A program made the translations under genes and the position numbers. From the IMG/VR virus record IMGVR_UViG_3300028364_000014, positions 62,001 through 126,000 of that record: a stretch of 64,000 bases of DNA. One strand, written 5' to 3'. Under the pieces are notes generated by a model, which worked only from the letters and a program-made list of their open reading frames with translations, searched no databases and was not told where the DNA came from. Shown piece by piece: positions 31,307 to 41,165 of this stretch. Position 1 is the first letter of the stretch. Each line of letters opens with the position of its first letter.

Positions 31307-31594
31307 TTGGTGATTATAATGGGTGATGTCTTTATCGATGTATTTTTCTATGACGATGACTCTGAGGATGAAATCTCAGAATGTGTAGCAGAGTACAATA
31401 AGGTAGATTGGAAGCGTATTGAAAAAAGAATAGTAGTAACTATAGCTGAAGATGGGGATTTTCCTATTAATACAATAAATAGGATTGAAATATACTCAGA
31501 AGATGCTAGTGATGTAATTAAAGTGTATGAATATAGAAACTTAATGAGTTTATTAAAATATGGTTTAGAAAAATGTAACTCTATTTGGCGCTAA
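31307..31594 (+). CDS. small acidic protein, ends CNSIWR
   Basis: ORF. Confidence 0.65.
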   Translation: MVIIMGDVFIDVFFYDDDSEDEISECVAEYNKVDWKRIEKRIVVTIAEDGDFPINTINRIEIYSEDASDVIKVYEYRNLMSLLKYGLEKCNSIWR

Positions 31595-32773
31595 AGGGGA
31601 TAAGTGTGAAAAACAACTCAGTATATGATGATAGTTGGGTAAGTAAGTTTATAGGTACTATAATTTTTGTTTGTATTACATCAATCATAGCTTTTTATGT
31701 AATTAATGGTTTATATTATAAAAATAACCCAACTGTTAAAAAACAAATAAATTATCACGCAAATTCAGTATTAATTAAAACTTTGGTAGAAATACCACCG
31801 GGAGCTTTTATTCATAGATTTATAGATTATGATTTAGAAAGGGTATGTTATATTAATAGTGCTGGTGGAGGCATTTGGTGTGAACCATTAAATCGTATTT
31901 TAGAAAATAAAGATCCAGAATTAATAGAAGATGTTCTCTCAGATGTTAGATCATTATATACTAGTAAAAATGTACCAAAATGGGAACATAATACGAAAAA
32001 GTATTATCCTAAAGATTATAAATTTCAAGTAGAAACGTACAATTATCGTCACAAATAGTTAAAATTATACAAAATCAAACAATAAATAAATTAATGAGGA
32101 AAACATGACACAATCATTAAAACAAACAGTAGAACTGGTTATAACAGAGATTAAAATTAACTATTCCAATGATAAAGTATCAATTAATGTAGTGGGATCT
32201 ACTAAACTAAAAGAAGAAAATCTATTAGTAAAATTTTTTTGGACTACAGATTTAGGAGCATCAACATTAACTATAACTAACGATGTGTGTATTGATAAAT
32301 ATTTTAAAAACGCTTTACAAACTGTTCTTTCAGGATATACCAATGGTATACTTCATAGTACTAAAATAGGTTTTACATTTAACACCTCCGAAAATGGACA
32401 ACTAGAAAGGTAGGATAATGGATATTGTATCAATTTTTATTGTATATTTTATAATCATAAGTCATAGTATAATGGGTATTATTACATTTGGTAGAGTAAG
32501 AATAATTTTATCTCAGGAATCTTCAAATAAAACTAATTATCAAAAATGGTACATAGATATGGCTATAGCTTTACTACTAGCTGTATTTTTACCTATACCT
32601 TTTATTATTTTTCATGAATTTATAGAAGAGTATGGAAATTTTAAAGGAATAAATTTTAAGATAAAAAGACCGGCATTTGATGACATAGCTTGGCAAGAAT
32701 GTAATACAGCCTCTATTAACACAATTTGGCCTAATATTAATTACAATATGGAAATTTATTTAAGGACATTATA

Positions 32774-33214
32774 ATGAAAATACTAACAATAACTTCTGGA
32801 TTACCAACAACTCCTGCAATACCTGTAAAATTACCACTATCAGAAGAAATGAAGTTTTTAATTGATGAGATGATATTAACTAGTAAAGAGGTTGGCGGGT
32901 ATGGTCTTGCAGCTCCTCAAATAGGTATCAATAAACAACTGTTTGTATGTCGTACATCCTCTGATGGAGAGAATTATACAGTAATCATTAACCCAACAAT
33001 CACAGCATCATCTGGAAAAATAATATCAAAATCAGAAGGGTGTTTAAGTGTTCCTGGAGTTAGAAAAAATATTAAACGATCAAAAGTGTTTAATCTTTCT
33101 TATATTGATGAAAATGGTAAATTTTCTAAAATTAGACCAATTACTAAAAAATTAGCTATCATACTTCAACATGAGTTTGATCACTTGTTTGGAAAAACAA
33201 TACTTGATAAATAA
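32774..33214 (+). CDS. def: peptide deformylase
   Basis: GYGLAAPQIG, EGCLS, QHEFDHL. Confidence 0.95.
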   Translation: MKILTITSGLPTTPAIPVKLPLSEEMKFLIDEMILTSKEVGGYGLAAPQIGINKQLFVCRTSSDGENYTVIINPTITASSGKIISKSEGCLSVPGVRKNIKRSKVFNLSYIDENGKFSKIRPITKKLAIILQHEFDHLFGKTILDK

Positions 33215-33893
33215 GGATTTATTATGCCATTTAGAATTCTTAGAGAATCTCCATTAGAAATTGAGGATAAAACCAGTAAAGTAGAAGAATTAATTAAAGG
33301 AGGTTATTGGAGTGAAAAAATTACACGTAATGAATTAATAGCTGGTTTATTAGAATTTTTTGTCGTTATTCCAATACTTATAACTGGTATTTATATTGTA
33401 GTCAAATGTGTTATTATATTAAATGTAAGGTATACCATTAATATTATTGGATGTTTTTTAAATATTGGCCTATTAGGTATTATTGGAATTGGTATTTTAT
33501 TTCTAATAATGTATTATAGAAGACTTCTTACTTTAATATATTTTAGTTGTATAAAAATTAAATTTTATCATTTAAAAGATAATAATACAACAAAAGAAGT
33601 TAAGAATTTATTAAATCAGTATATTCGAATAGAATGGGATTACTAAAATAATTTATTGAGGATACAAAAAACATGACAAAATTAAATAGTAAATATTCTG
33701 TATCTTTATTATTAAAATTAATGATTGGTTCTATTATAATAAGTATTATTGTTCCTATAATAGTTAGTGCTTGTTATACTATTCCACCAATAATTAGAAT
33801 ATATATTAGTGCTGGATTTGTAATATTAAGTATACTAAGTTATATCACTTCTTTTTTTTCAATTGTATATTTAACTATTAGGAAACAATAAAA

Positions 33894-34109
33894 ATGATAA
33901 GAATAGGAGCTTGGCTTACTAATAGAACTATAAATAAATCAACAAGTAAACCTATACTTACTTATAAATGCTCATTTTGTGGTAATGAGGATATTGCAAT
34001 GACAAATACAAAATTTTGTGGCAAATGTTATGAATTAGTTCCAAACATAGACCTATTATTTGAAGATGGGGATATGAGAGTACTTTATCATATTTACGGA
34101 GAATATTAA
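33894..34109 (+). CDS. zinc-ribbon protein (tandem set 1 of 4)
   Basis: CSFC...CGKC. Confidence 0.65.
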   Translation: MIRIGAWLTNRTINKSTSKPILTYKCSFCGNEDIAMTNTKFCGKCYELVPNIDLLFEDGDMRVLYHIYGEY

Positions 34110-34304
34110 ATGATAGTATTTATGAAACCAGTCAATTTTCTTCTTACACAAGTAATTTGTCCAGATTGTGGGCAAGTAGTCACTTTAACTGTGGCAAAAG
34201 AAGTAACATGTAAATGTTGCAATGCGTTAATGTATCCTGAAATGGCTTATATGTCCCACAGAATATTTTTTCGACAACAATACTATAATGAAAAAAGTAC
34301 TTAA
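34110..34304 (+). CDS. zinc-ribbon protein (2 of 4)
   Basis: CPDC...CKCC. Confidence 0.65.
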   Translation: MIVFMKPVNFLLTQVICPDCGQVVTLTVAKEVTCKCCNALMYPEMAYMSHRIFFRQQYYNEKST

Positions 34305-34356
34305 TTAAAAATATAATTTATACACGTATACCTCCATAGGAGCAAAGAATTAAACT

Positions 34357-34620
34357 ATGCTAATGTTTAAAAGAGATATTTATGGTAATAATTCAAATTC
34401 TAAAATACTAAATAACATACCATGGGAATTTATGTGTCCTGGTTGTGGTAAAATTGTATACATAATGGAAGAAATTCCTTACGAGTCTTGTTGGAGATGT
34501 GGTACTGTACTTACTATCGGAACTAAAATTATAGATACTAAGACTTCACTAGCACGTATTAATTACTACAGTACTGGATGGTCATTAAATGATAGACAGA
34601 TTAACGAGATGGTATCATGA
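34357..34620 (+). CDS. zinc-ribbon protein (3 of 4)
   Basis: CPGC...CWRC. Confidence 0.65.
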   Translation: MLMFKRDIYGNNSNSKILNNIPWEFMCPGCGKIVYIMEEIPYESCWRCGTVLTIGTKIIDTKTSLARINYYSTGWSLNDRQINEMVS

Positions 34621-34880
34621 TTACAGTACTAAAAAATAACAACAGGCAATATATAACTTGCTCATGTGGAATAAAAAATCAAATAGTGTCTTCTATTTAT
34701 GGAAGATGTCCAAGTTGTAGGGTCGATTTAAAATTCTCTAATTCTTTTATTCAAAAAAGAAGTTGTAGAACTGGAGTAATGGCGTATTACAAATTTGGAT
34801 TTTATGATTATGACAGTGTAGATCAAAATAAAGCAACAAAGTTGATTTACAATAAATTACTTAAAAATAACTTGTTATAG
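34617..34880 (+). CDS. zinc-ribbon protein (4 of 4)
   Basis: CSC...CPSC. Confidence 0.6.
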   Translation: MITVLKNNNRQYITCSCGIKNQIVSSIYGRCPSCRVDLKFSNSFIQKRSCRTGVMAYYKFGFYDYDSVDQNKATKLIYNKLLKNNLL

Positions 34881-35131
34881 TTTATATTCAGTGCTGACTT
34901 AATTATAACAAGAAATTTAGAATAAAGAGGTTGGTATCCCAAACTGACCTCAAATGGTGATATAATGAGACAAATAAGAATAACTATAAATGACGGTACA
35001 TGTATGTTGTCACTAACAAAATTTGTAGTGGATTTAGCTTCCTGTATTGAAAGTGCTTTTACAGAAGAGAATCAATTAAATAAAAGAACAACAAGAAATA
35101 CACAAAATATAAAATTAGAATTTAAAGATGG

Positions 35132-35148
35132 GGAGGTTCTCGGGAGAC
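35132..35148 (+). repeat. third copy of ggaggttctcgggagac
   Basis: 17-nt exact match to copies at ~4990 and ~7793. Confidence 0.7.
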
Positions 35149-35204
35149 TGGGGTGGGAAGGAGTTTAGAAATATAAATCTTAAAATATAAAAGAGAGTAC
35201 GAGT

Positions 35205-35588
35205 ATGAATAAGTTTTTTGTATACGGAACATTAAAAATTGGTGGTGGATTTGCAAAACAGTTTGATTCAGTAAGAAAGTCCTCTACTAAAGCTGTCCTC
35301 AAAGGATTTGATCTTTATGGTATCGGTGCTTCAGGAAGCGCAAGTTTTCCTGGGATAGTACCAGGAGACGGTGAAGTTCATGGAGAAGTTCATGAATTTT
35401 CAAAAGATAAACTAGCTATGGTAACAAGAACTATGGATTACATTGAAGGAGAAGGTAGTCTCTACCATCGTAGAAAACATTTAGTAACTTACGCAGATGG
35501 GACAGAAGAGTTAGTCAATGTCTACGTATTCGGCCCAAAAATGCACTCTGAATACCCAAAGATTGAATCAGGGGTCTGGGAGATTTAA
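35205..35588 (+). CDS. gamma-glutamylcyclotransferase (AIG2-like)
   Basis: FFVYGTLK.G, VHGEV, D.IEG...Y.R. Confidence 0.85.
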   Translation: MNKFFVYGTLKIGGGFAKQFDSVRKSSTKAVLKGFDLYGIGASGSASFPGIVPGDGEVHGEVHEFSKDKLAMVTRTMDYIEGEGSLYHRRKHLVTYADGTEELVNVYVFGPKMHSEYPKIESGVWEI

Positions 35589-35715
35589 GTTAATGCGGCA
35601 CTTTGGTATAGAGGGTTACATATACCCTTTCTAATCTACTTGTCTATAAAGACCTACTTGGGAAGATTATAAAAGTTAGATTAATATAAACTTGTTCTTA
35701 AAAGGAGAACCGAAA

Positions 35716-37338
35716 ATGGATTACACCAAACATTTTTCAGCTAAGAAAACACCACAAACACAAGCAATCCCTGGTAAAAAGATGATTAAAAACGCAGCAG
35801 GGGGCTTTGGTTTTAAAGTCTCGCCCATGCATCAATTGGAAAGATTTTTAATTCTTGGTACAGAGGGAGGCTCTTATTATGCTGGTGAACATGAGATGAC
35901 TATTGACAACGCAACTAACCTTGTTGCTACCATTAAAAATGAAGGAGTTAGGGTTGTAGATAAAATATTGGAAATTTCTGATTCAGGTAGAGCCCCAAAG
36001 AATAATGCAGCTCTTTTTGCATTGGCTGTATGTACATCACCAGAGATTGCTGATGTAGAAACAAGAAGAGCCGCTTTTAAAGCGTTACCTAAGATAGCTA
36101 GGATAAGTACCCATCTTTTTCAATTCATTGATTATATGAAACATTTCAGAGGATTTGGGAAGCTAGCACAACAAGGAGTACAGGATTGGTATCAGCTAAA
36201 AGATGCAAAACAGTTAGAATTTCAGATGGTTAAATATCGTCAACGCTTAGGGTGGACACATAATGACGTACTACGCCTTGCTAAGCCAGTACCAATCTCC
36301 CATGAACATGATCAATTATATGAGTTTGCAAAGAATGGTGTTATTGAAAGTGAACACCAATTCAATTTGATTGAAGGATTCATTAGAATCCAACAAGCAG
36401 AGACAGTAAAGGAGGCTGTAAAGCTTATTAGTGACTTTAGGCTACCGATGGAAACTGTTCCAACACAATTCAAAAAAGATCCTGCAATATGGGAAGCATT
36501 GTTGCCACAACTACCAATTACTGCCACCATCCGTAACTTGAGAAACATGGCTAAATCTGGATTTCTTACTCAATTTAGTGATGCTTCTAAGACAGTTGCA
36601 GATAGAATTGCTAGTCCTGAAGGCATTAGAAAAGGTAGAGTACACCCAATTCAGTTTCTTAATGCTATTTTAAATTACCCTATAGGTAAAGTAAGACTTG
36701 TAGGTTCTGCCTTTGGGAATATTGGACATGCTGTTGATAGTGAGTTCCCTGTATGTACTAATGTAACTGAAGCATTAAATGAAGGATTTCATCTTGGTTT
36801 TGGTAATGTAACACCATCCAACAAAAATACTATGTTGGCTTTGGATATTTCAGGGTCAATGGGTTGGAATTGGGCTATCGGTATGAAAGGAATAACACCA
36901 GCCGAAGCTTCTGCTGCTATGGCTTTAATTACAGTTAATGTTGAGCCTAATCATATGATAGGGGTATTTGAGGGAACTTTTAAACCATTTAATAAAATAA
37001 AAAAGGGTATGCAAGTTGATGCTGCTGTAAAAGCGCTAAAAGGGTTACCTTTTGGAGGTACTGATTTAGCATCCCCGATTTATTGGGCTTTAGCGAATAA
37101 AGTACCTGTTGATATGTTTCAATGTTATACAGATAATGAAACTTGGGCTGGTAGTATACATCCATCACAAGCTCTTGATAATTTTTGTGTTAAAATGGGA
37201 CGTCCTGCAAAATTTGCATCAGTCGCTATGACAGCCACTGAAAATTCAGTTGCAGACCCTAATAACCCTCAAATGCTGGATATAATAGGCTTCGATACAG
37301 CTACCCCTGAGATATTATCACGTTTTGCAGAAATGTAA
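35716..37338 (+). CDS. Ro60/Rsr TROVE-VWA RNA-binding protein
   Basis: NAAGGFGF, RFLILGTEGGSYY, KYRQR.GW.H.D.LRL, ALDISGSM MIDAS, TDNETW. Confidence 0.92.
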   Translation: MDYTKHFSAKKTPQTQAIPGKKMIKNAAGGFGFKVSPMHQLERFLILGTEGGSYYAGEHEMTIDNATNLVATIKNEGVRVVDKILEISDSGRAPKNNAALFALAVCTSPEIADVETRRAAFKALPKIARISTHLFQFIDYMKHFRGFGKLAQQGVQDWYQLKDAKQLEFQMVKYRQRLGWTHNDVLRLAKPVPISHEHDQLYEFAKNGVIESEHQFNLIEGFIRIQQAETVKEAVKLISDFRLPMETVPTQFKKDPAIWEALLPQLPITATIRNLRNMAKSGFLTQFSDASKTVADRIASPEGIRKGRVHPIQFLNAILNYPIGKVRLVGSAFGNIGHAVDSEFPVCTNVTEALNEGFHLGFGNVTPSNKNTMLALDISGSMGWNWAIGMKGITPAEASAAMALITVNVEPNHMIGVFEGTFKPFNKIKKGMQVDAAVKALKGLPFGGTDLASPIYWALANKVPVDMFQCYTDNETWAGSIHPSQALDNFCVKMGRPAKFASVAMTATENSVADPNNPQMLDIIGFDTATPEILSRFAEM

Positions 37339-38214
37339 ATATAAAACACGAAGGATGGTTTATAAGGAGATTGATATATATTATTCTTATTATAAACCCC
37401 TTCGTAAGCGTTATTTACTTACTTTATTTCGTAATGATTTTGAAACAATACCTGAAATAGAAAAGCTTTCTTCCGTAATAGAAAAAGCATTGGAGGAACC
37501 ATTTGTATCAAATATTCAAAATATAAAGATAACCATTTAAATAACTTTAAAGTATCACGTTTTCCAGTAAATATTAGATTTAAAGCAAATGGTTATGAAC
37601 ATTCACATTCTTCCTCTTCTTGGCATGATGCCACATCAATAATACATTGTATAAAAGATACACTTGTAAGAGAATCAGTGGCACAAACTATTTATGATGT
37701 TGAACAAGTATCAATAACTTTACCAAAGGAGTTGCGTTTTGATGGGCAAAGTTAGTACAGAATTAATTACCATTGATTCTATAACTAAAACAATACGTTA
37801 TAAATACCACAAAATACAAATAATGCCTTTAGAAGAAATATTGTCTAAATTATTAGAACATACTGATAAAGGGCATAAAGTAATGTCATTAAAAATAACC
37901 TCAAAAATTAGTCTATTAAATGAATTTAACAACTAAGGAGTATTAGTAGTGAAAGAAAATTGGACGTCAGCACAGTTAACAAAAACGGATATTATTAGGT
38001 CTTTGGTATTGAATCTTAAACAAGTTTCTTTTGAATCTGATAATATAGATCTTGTATTTGTAACTAATACTAAAGGCACAAAGACTGGAGTTATAGTTGA
38101 GTGTACTGATGGAACTAAAATTGCTTTAGATATAAAAAATATTAATTAGTTAATCAATACAAAGGGAAGAAGCTTTTACTGGTTCTTCCCTATTTCTCCT
38201 TTAAGGGTATTATT

Positions 38215-38964
38215 ATGAAAGAAAATAAGGATATTATAGTTTGTGGAGATATCCATGGAATGTGGAGATATCTAAACACTTTAATAAATAAAAAAAAGCC
38301 AGAACTTATTCTTCAAGTAGGAGATTTTGGTTGGTTTCCTAATTTGGATGGACATACAGCACGTCTTTCTTATGGTATGCATGGTGTTAAAAAAATACCT
38401 TGGAAACTTAAAGGAATTAAAAATCCAAACACAGAAATTCTTTGGTGTGACGGAAATCATGAAGATCATGAAGAATTGGCTCTACGTAGTAAATATTCAG
38501 AAGTAATGCCTCGTGTATATTATATGCCAAGAGGAACTACACATACTTTACCTGATGGACGTGTTGTATTATTTATGGGAGGTGCTGCTTCAATAGATAA
38601 AGATTCACGAACTCAAGGAATAGATTGGTTCCCACAAGAAATGATTTCTATAAATGAACTATATAAACTTGAAAAACGTGAATTAAAACATGTTGATATT
38701 ATTATTAGTCATACTTGCCCGCAAGAATTTAATCCACTGCTTAATCCAAAAAAACCGTACTCTGGGTGGGAATATAAATTTTGGGACTCAAGTCAAGAAG
38801 TATTATCGGAGTTACTTTATATGTACAAACCCAGTCTTTGGTATTTTGGACACTTCCATGTGTATACCAAAGGATTTTTTAAAGAAACAAATACTAAATG
38901 GGCATGTTTAAACATGATTCCAGAGACTAATTGGTGGAAATACTTATCAAATTATGGCACGTAA
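38215..38964 (+). CDS. calcineurin-like metallophosphoesterase
   Basis: GDIHG, VGDFG, DGNHE, SHTCP, FGHFH. Confidence 0.9.
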   Translation: MKENKDIIVCGDIHGMWRYLNTLINKKKPELILQVGDFGWFPNLDGHTARLSYGMHGVKKIPWKLKGIKNPNTEILWCDGNHEDHEELALRSKYSEVMPRVYYMPRGTTHTLPDGRVVLFMGGAASIDKDSRTQGIDWFPQEMISINELYKLEKRELKHVDIIISHTCPQEFNPLLNPKKPYSGWEYKFWDSSQEVLSELLYMYKPSLWYFGHFHVYTKGFFKETNTKWACLNMIPETNWWKYLSNYGT

Positions 38965-39108
38965 AAAAAATAAAAAATCATCTAGAAAGAGAAGAAAAGA
39001 TCGTAAAGATGCTATTCCTATGAGTCATGTAAGAAAACAAATTCCTCCTCCAGGAGGACCAATGGAAGATAAAACAATCTATAAACGAACTTCAAAATAC
39101 AAAAAGGA

Positions 39109-39567
39109 TTGGAAATAATGCATTATGCACCTACCAATACAAGGATTGAAGATCTTAGTAAAGTATTTAATGTTAATTTAGAAGAATTTCCAACCGCAGA
39201 ATCAGGAAATGCAGCCAAATCCTACCACTTTGTTGCAAGAGTTAGAGAAAGACCAGTACTATCAAGAAAAGTATTTAAATGTAATATTCATACCTTGAAT
39301 AGTAGTAAAACATTGGCTATTATGAAATTTAAACCGTATGAAGATGCTCAATTTACAGATGACCGAGAAAAAGAAGCATACATGTGTTTAGCTATAAAAA
39401 CTGCAGAACAAGTAGCTATAAATAAAGGGTTTAATATACTAAGAGTATCAAGCCCTATTAGAATGATAGAAGATGTTATGTTAGACAATGGGTTTTTTAC
39501 TGTAACTAAAAATAGTATCCCTGGAAGTGATGAATTTGTTTATCGCGGATGCAAAAAATTAAATTAG
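39109..39567 (+). CDS. hypothetical protein, possibly GNAT-like fold
   Basis: AEQVAINKGFNILRV...LDNGF resembles a GNAT C-terminus. Confidence 0.35.
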   Translation: MEIMHYAPTNTRIEDLSKVFNVNLEEFPTAESGNAAKSYHFVARVRERPVLSRKVFKCNIHTLNSSKTLAIMKFKPYEDAQFTDDREKEAYMCLAIKTAEQVAINKGFNILRVSSPIRMIEDVMLDNGFFTVTKNSIPGSDEFVYRGCKKLN

Positions 39568-39587
39568 AGGAGAGAATAAATAATTAA

Positions 39588-40388
39588 ATGAGAACTATAG
39601 AGATTATAAGCAGTAGATATATAGGAAGAAATAATTTTCCAACAACTAATTTTAAAGATAGTCAATTTCAATTAGGCATTCCTTCAGAATTCAATAAGTT
39701 TGGAAATATAACAAAAATAATGGGAACTTTAAAGTGTAGAGAATCTATAACTCATCATTTTGTAAATACAGTAAATAGCAGCAAGGCTTTTGTAAAAACA
39801 TTAAATAAAGCTAGAGTAATAATAACAGGATTTAATGTAGAAGAAGCAAAAGTATTAAGATTGAAGAAAACCTTAAATTTTATTCATAGAATTGAGAAGG
39901 AATCTAATATATCTCCTCTTACTAGTATAAAAGAGGTTATTACTCCATGGAAATTACCATACAAAGTATTTATGTTTGAAGGTTCAAATAAATGGTATCG
40001 TTCTTCCCACACCATGTCACTTTGGCATTTAATTTTAAGATCTTGTTCTAGAGATGAAGGACTTGCTTCAACAACTACAAAAGAGGAGGTTCTAAAATAC
40101 ATAAATAAGTGGAAAGCAGAAGTTAAAACTAATGGGCAGTTTTGGGAAAAAGAAGATCAAGCACATATTAAAAGTACTTATAATAATTGGGTAAATTTGA
40201 TGAAAAATATTAATGAAATATTTCCTAAAAATGTGCATTGGGCAAATAGATACAAGGCAGATAAAACATTTAATAAACCTTCTGCCGATTGTTACTATCC
40301 TTCAACACATAGGGATGGAATAAGAAATTTTATAACCGGAAATTCTCCACATAAAGCTTTAAAAGCGTTTGAAAAATTTAAGGAGTAA
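39588..40388 (+). CDS. paralog family C protein
   Basis: CRE, LNFIHRIEK, W....HTMSLWHLILR, HRDGI. Confidence 0.65.
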   Translation: MRTIEIISSRYIGRNNFPTTNFKDSQFQLGIPSEFNKFGNITKIMGTLKCRESITHHFVNTVNSSKAFVKTLNKARVIITGFNVEEAKVLRLKKTLNFIHRIEKESNISPLTSIKEVITPWKLPYKVFMFEGSNKWYRSSHTMSLWHLILRSCSRDEGLASTTTKEEVLKYINKWKAEVKTNGQFWEKEDQAHIKSTYNNWVNLMKNINEIFPKNVHWANRYKADKTFNKPSADCYYPSTHRDGIRNFITGNSPHKALKAFEKFKE

Positions 40389-40391
40389 TAA

Positions 40392-41165
40392 ATGAAATCA
40401 TTAAATCCACTAATAACAATGTTTCTAATAGTTATTTTAATAGGATCTGCAACAATTGCATTAATTCATTTTATTATCGTACCATTCTCCTCGGAATATT
40501 CAAAACTTCAACTTAAATACGAAGAACAAACCAATGACCTTCAATCTATGACTAAGCAATACCAATTGGCTAAAGTACTTGTACAAAATAAACAAGATGA
40601 ATTAAGTTTATTAAGTTTAAAAGCATATATTGAAGATACAGTGGATAATCTCTCATTAAATGCAATAGAGCTAGTTTCTAAAGCTATTACAGGATATCAT
40701 CGTGAATTTGGTATACCTATTAGTATATTAGTAGGTATGATTGAAGTAGAAAGTATGTTTAATACCACTGCGTATAATAAGTCAGGTGCTAGGGGACTAA
40801 TGCAAGTTATACTCCGATACCATGAAGAAACTTTGAACGGGGTTGTAAAGATAGGAAAAGAACTACACGATCCTTCCATAGGAATTAGAGCAGGCATAAC
40901 AGTACTTAATAATTATTTATCTATAGAAGAGAATAATTTAGAAAAAGCTCTTCATAGGTATAATGGATTAAATGGCGAAAAGGGAGTATACTCATCAAAG
41001 GTGTATGCTGTAGCTTGTAAATATGAAATGTTTAGAACCAAGTACTTTTTCCGTAATGACCACACTCTTAATACTGCAAATATAATGAAAGAACTACAAG
41101 AAAATAACACTGAAGTAAAAACTTCTAGCGAAGAGGAAATGTTTAAGGAGGATGAAATTGAATGA
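40392..41165 (+). CDS. membrane-anchored lytic transglycosylase (SLT domain)
   Basis: N-terminal TM; IEVES.FN, GARGLMQV, ALHRYNG. Confidence 0.88.
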   Translation: MKSLNPLITMFLIVILIGSATIALIHFIIVPFSSEYSKLQLKYEEQTNDLQSMTKQYQLAKVLVQNKQDELSLLSLKAYIEDTVDNLSLNAIELVSKAITGYHREFGIPISILVGMIEVESMFNTTAYNKSGARGLMQVILRYHEETLNGVVKIGKELHDPSIGIRAGITVLNNYLSIEENNLEKALHRYNGLNGEKGVYSSKVYAVACKYEMFRTKYFFRNDHTLNTANIMKELQENNTEVKTSSEEEMFKEDEIE

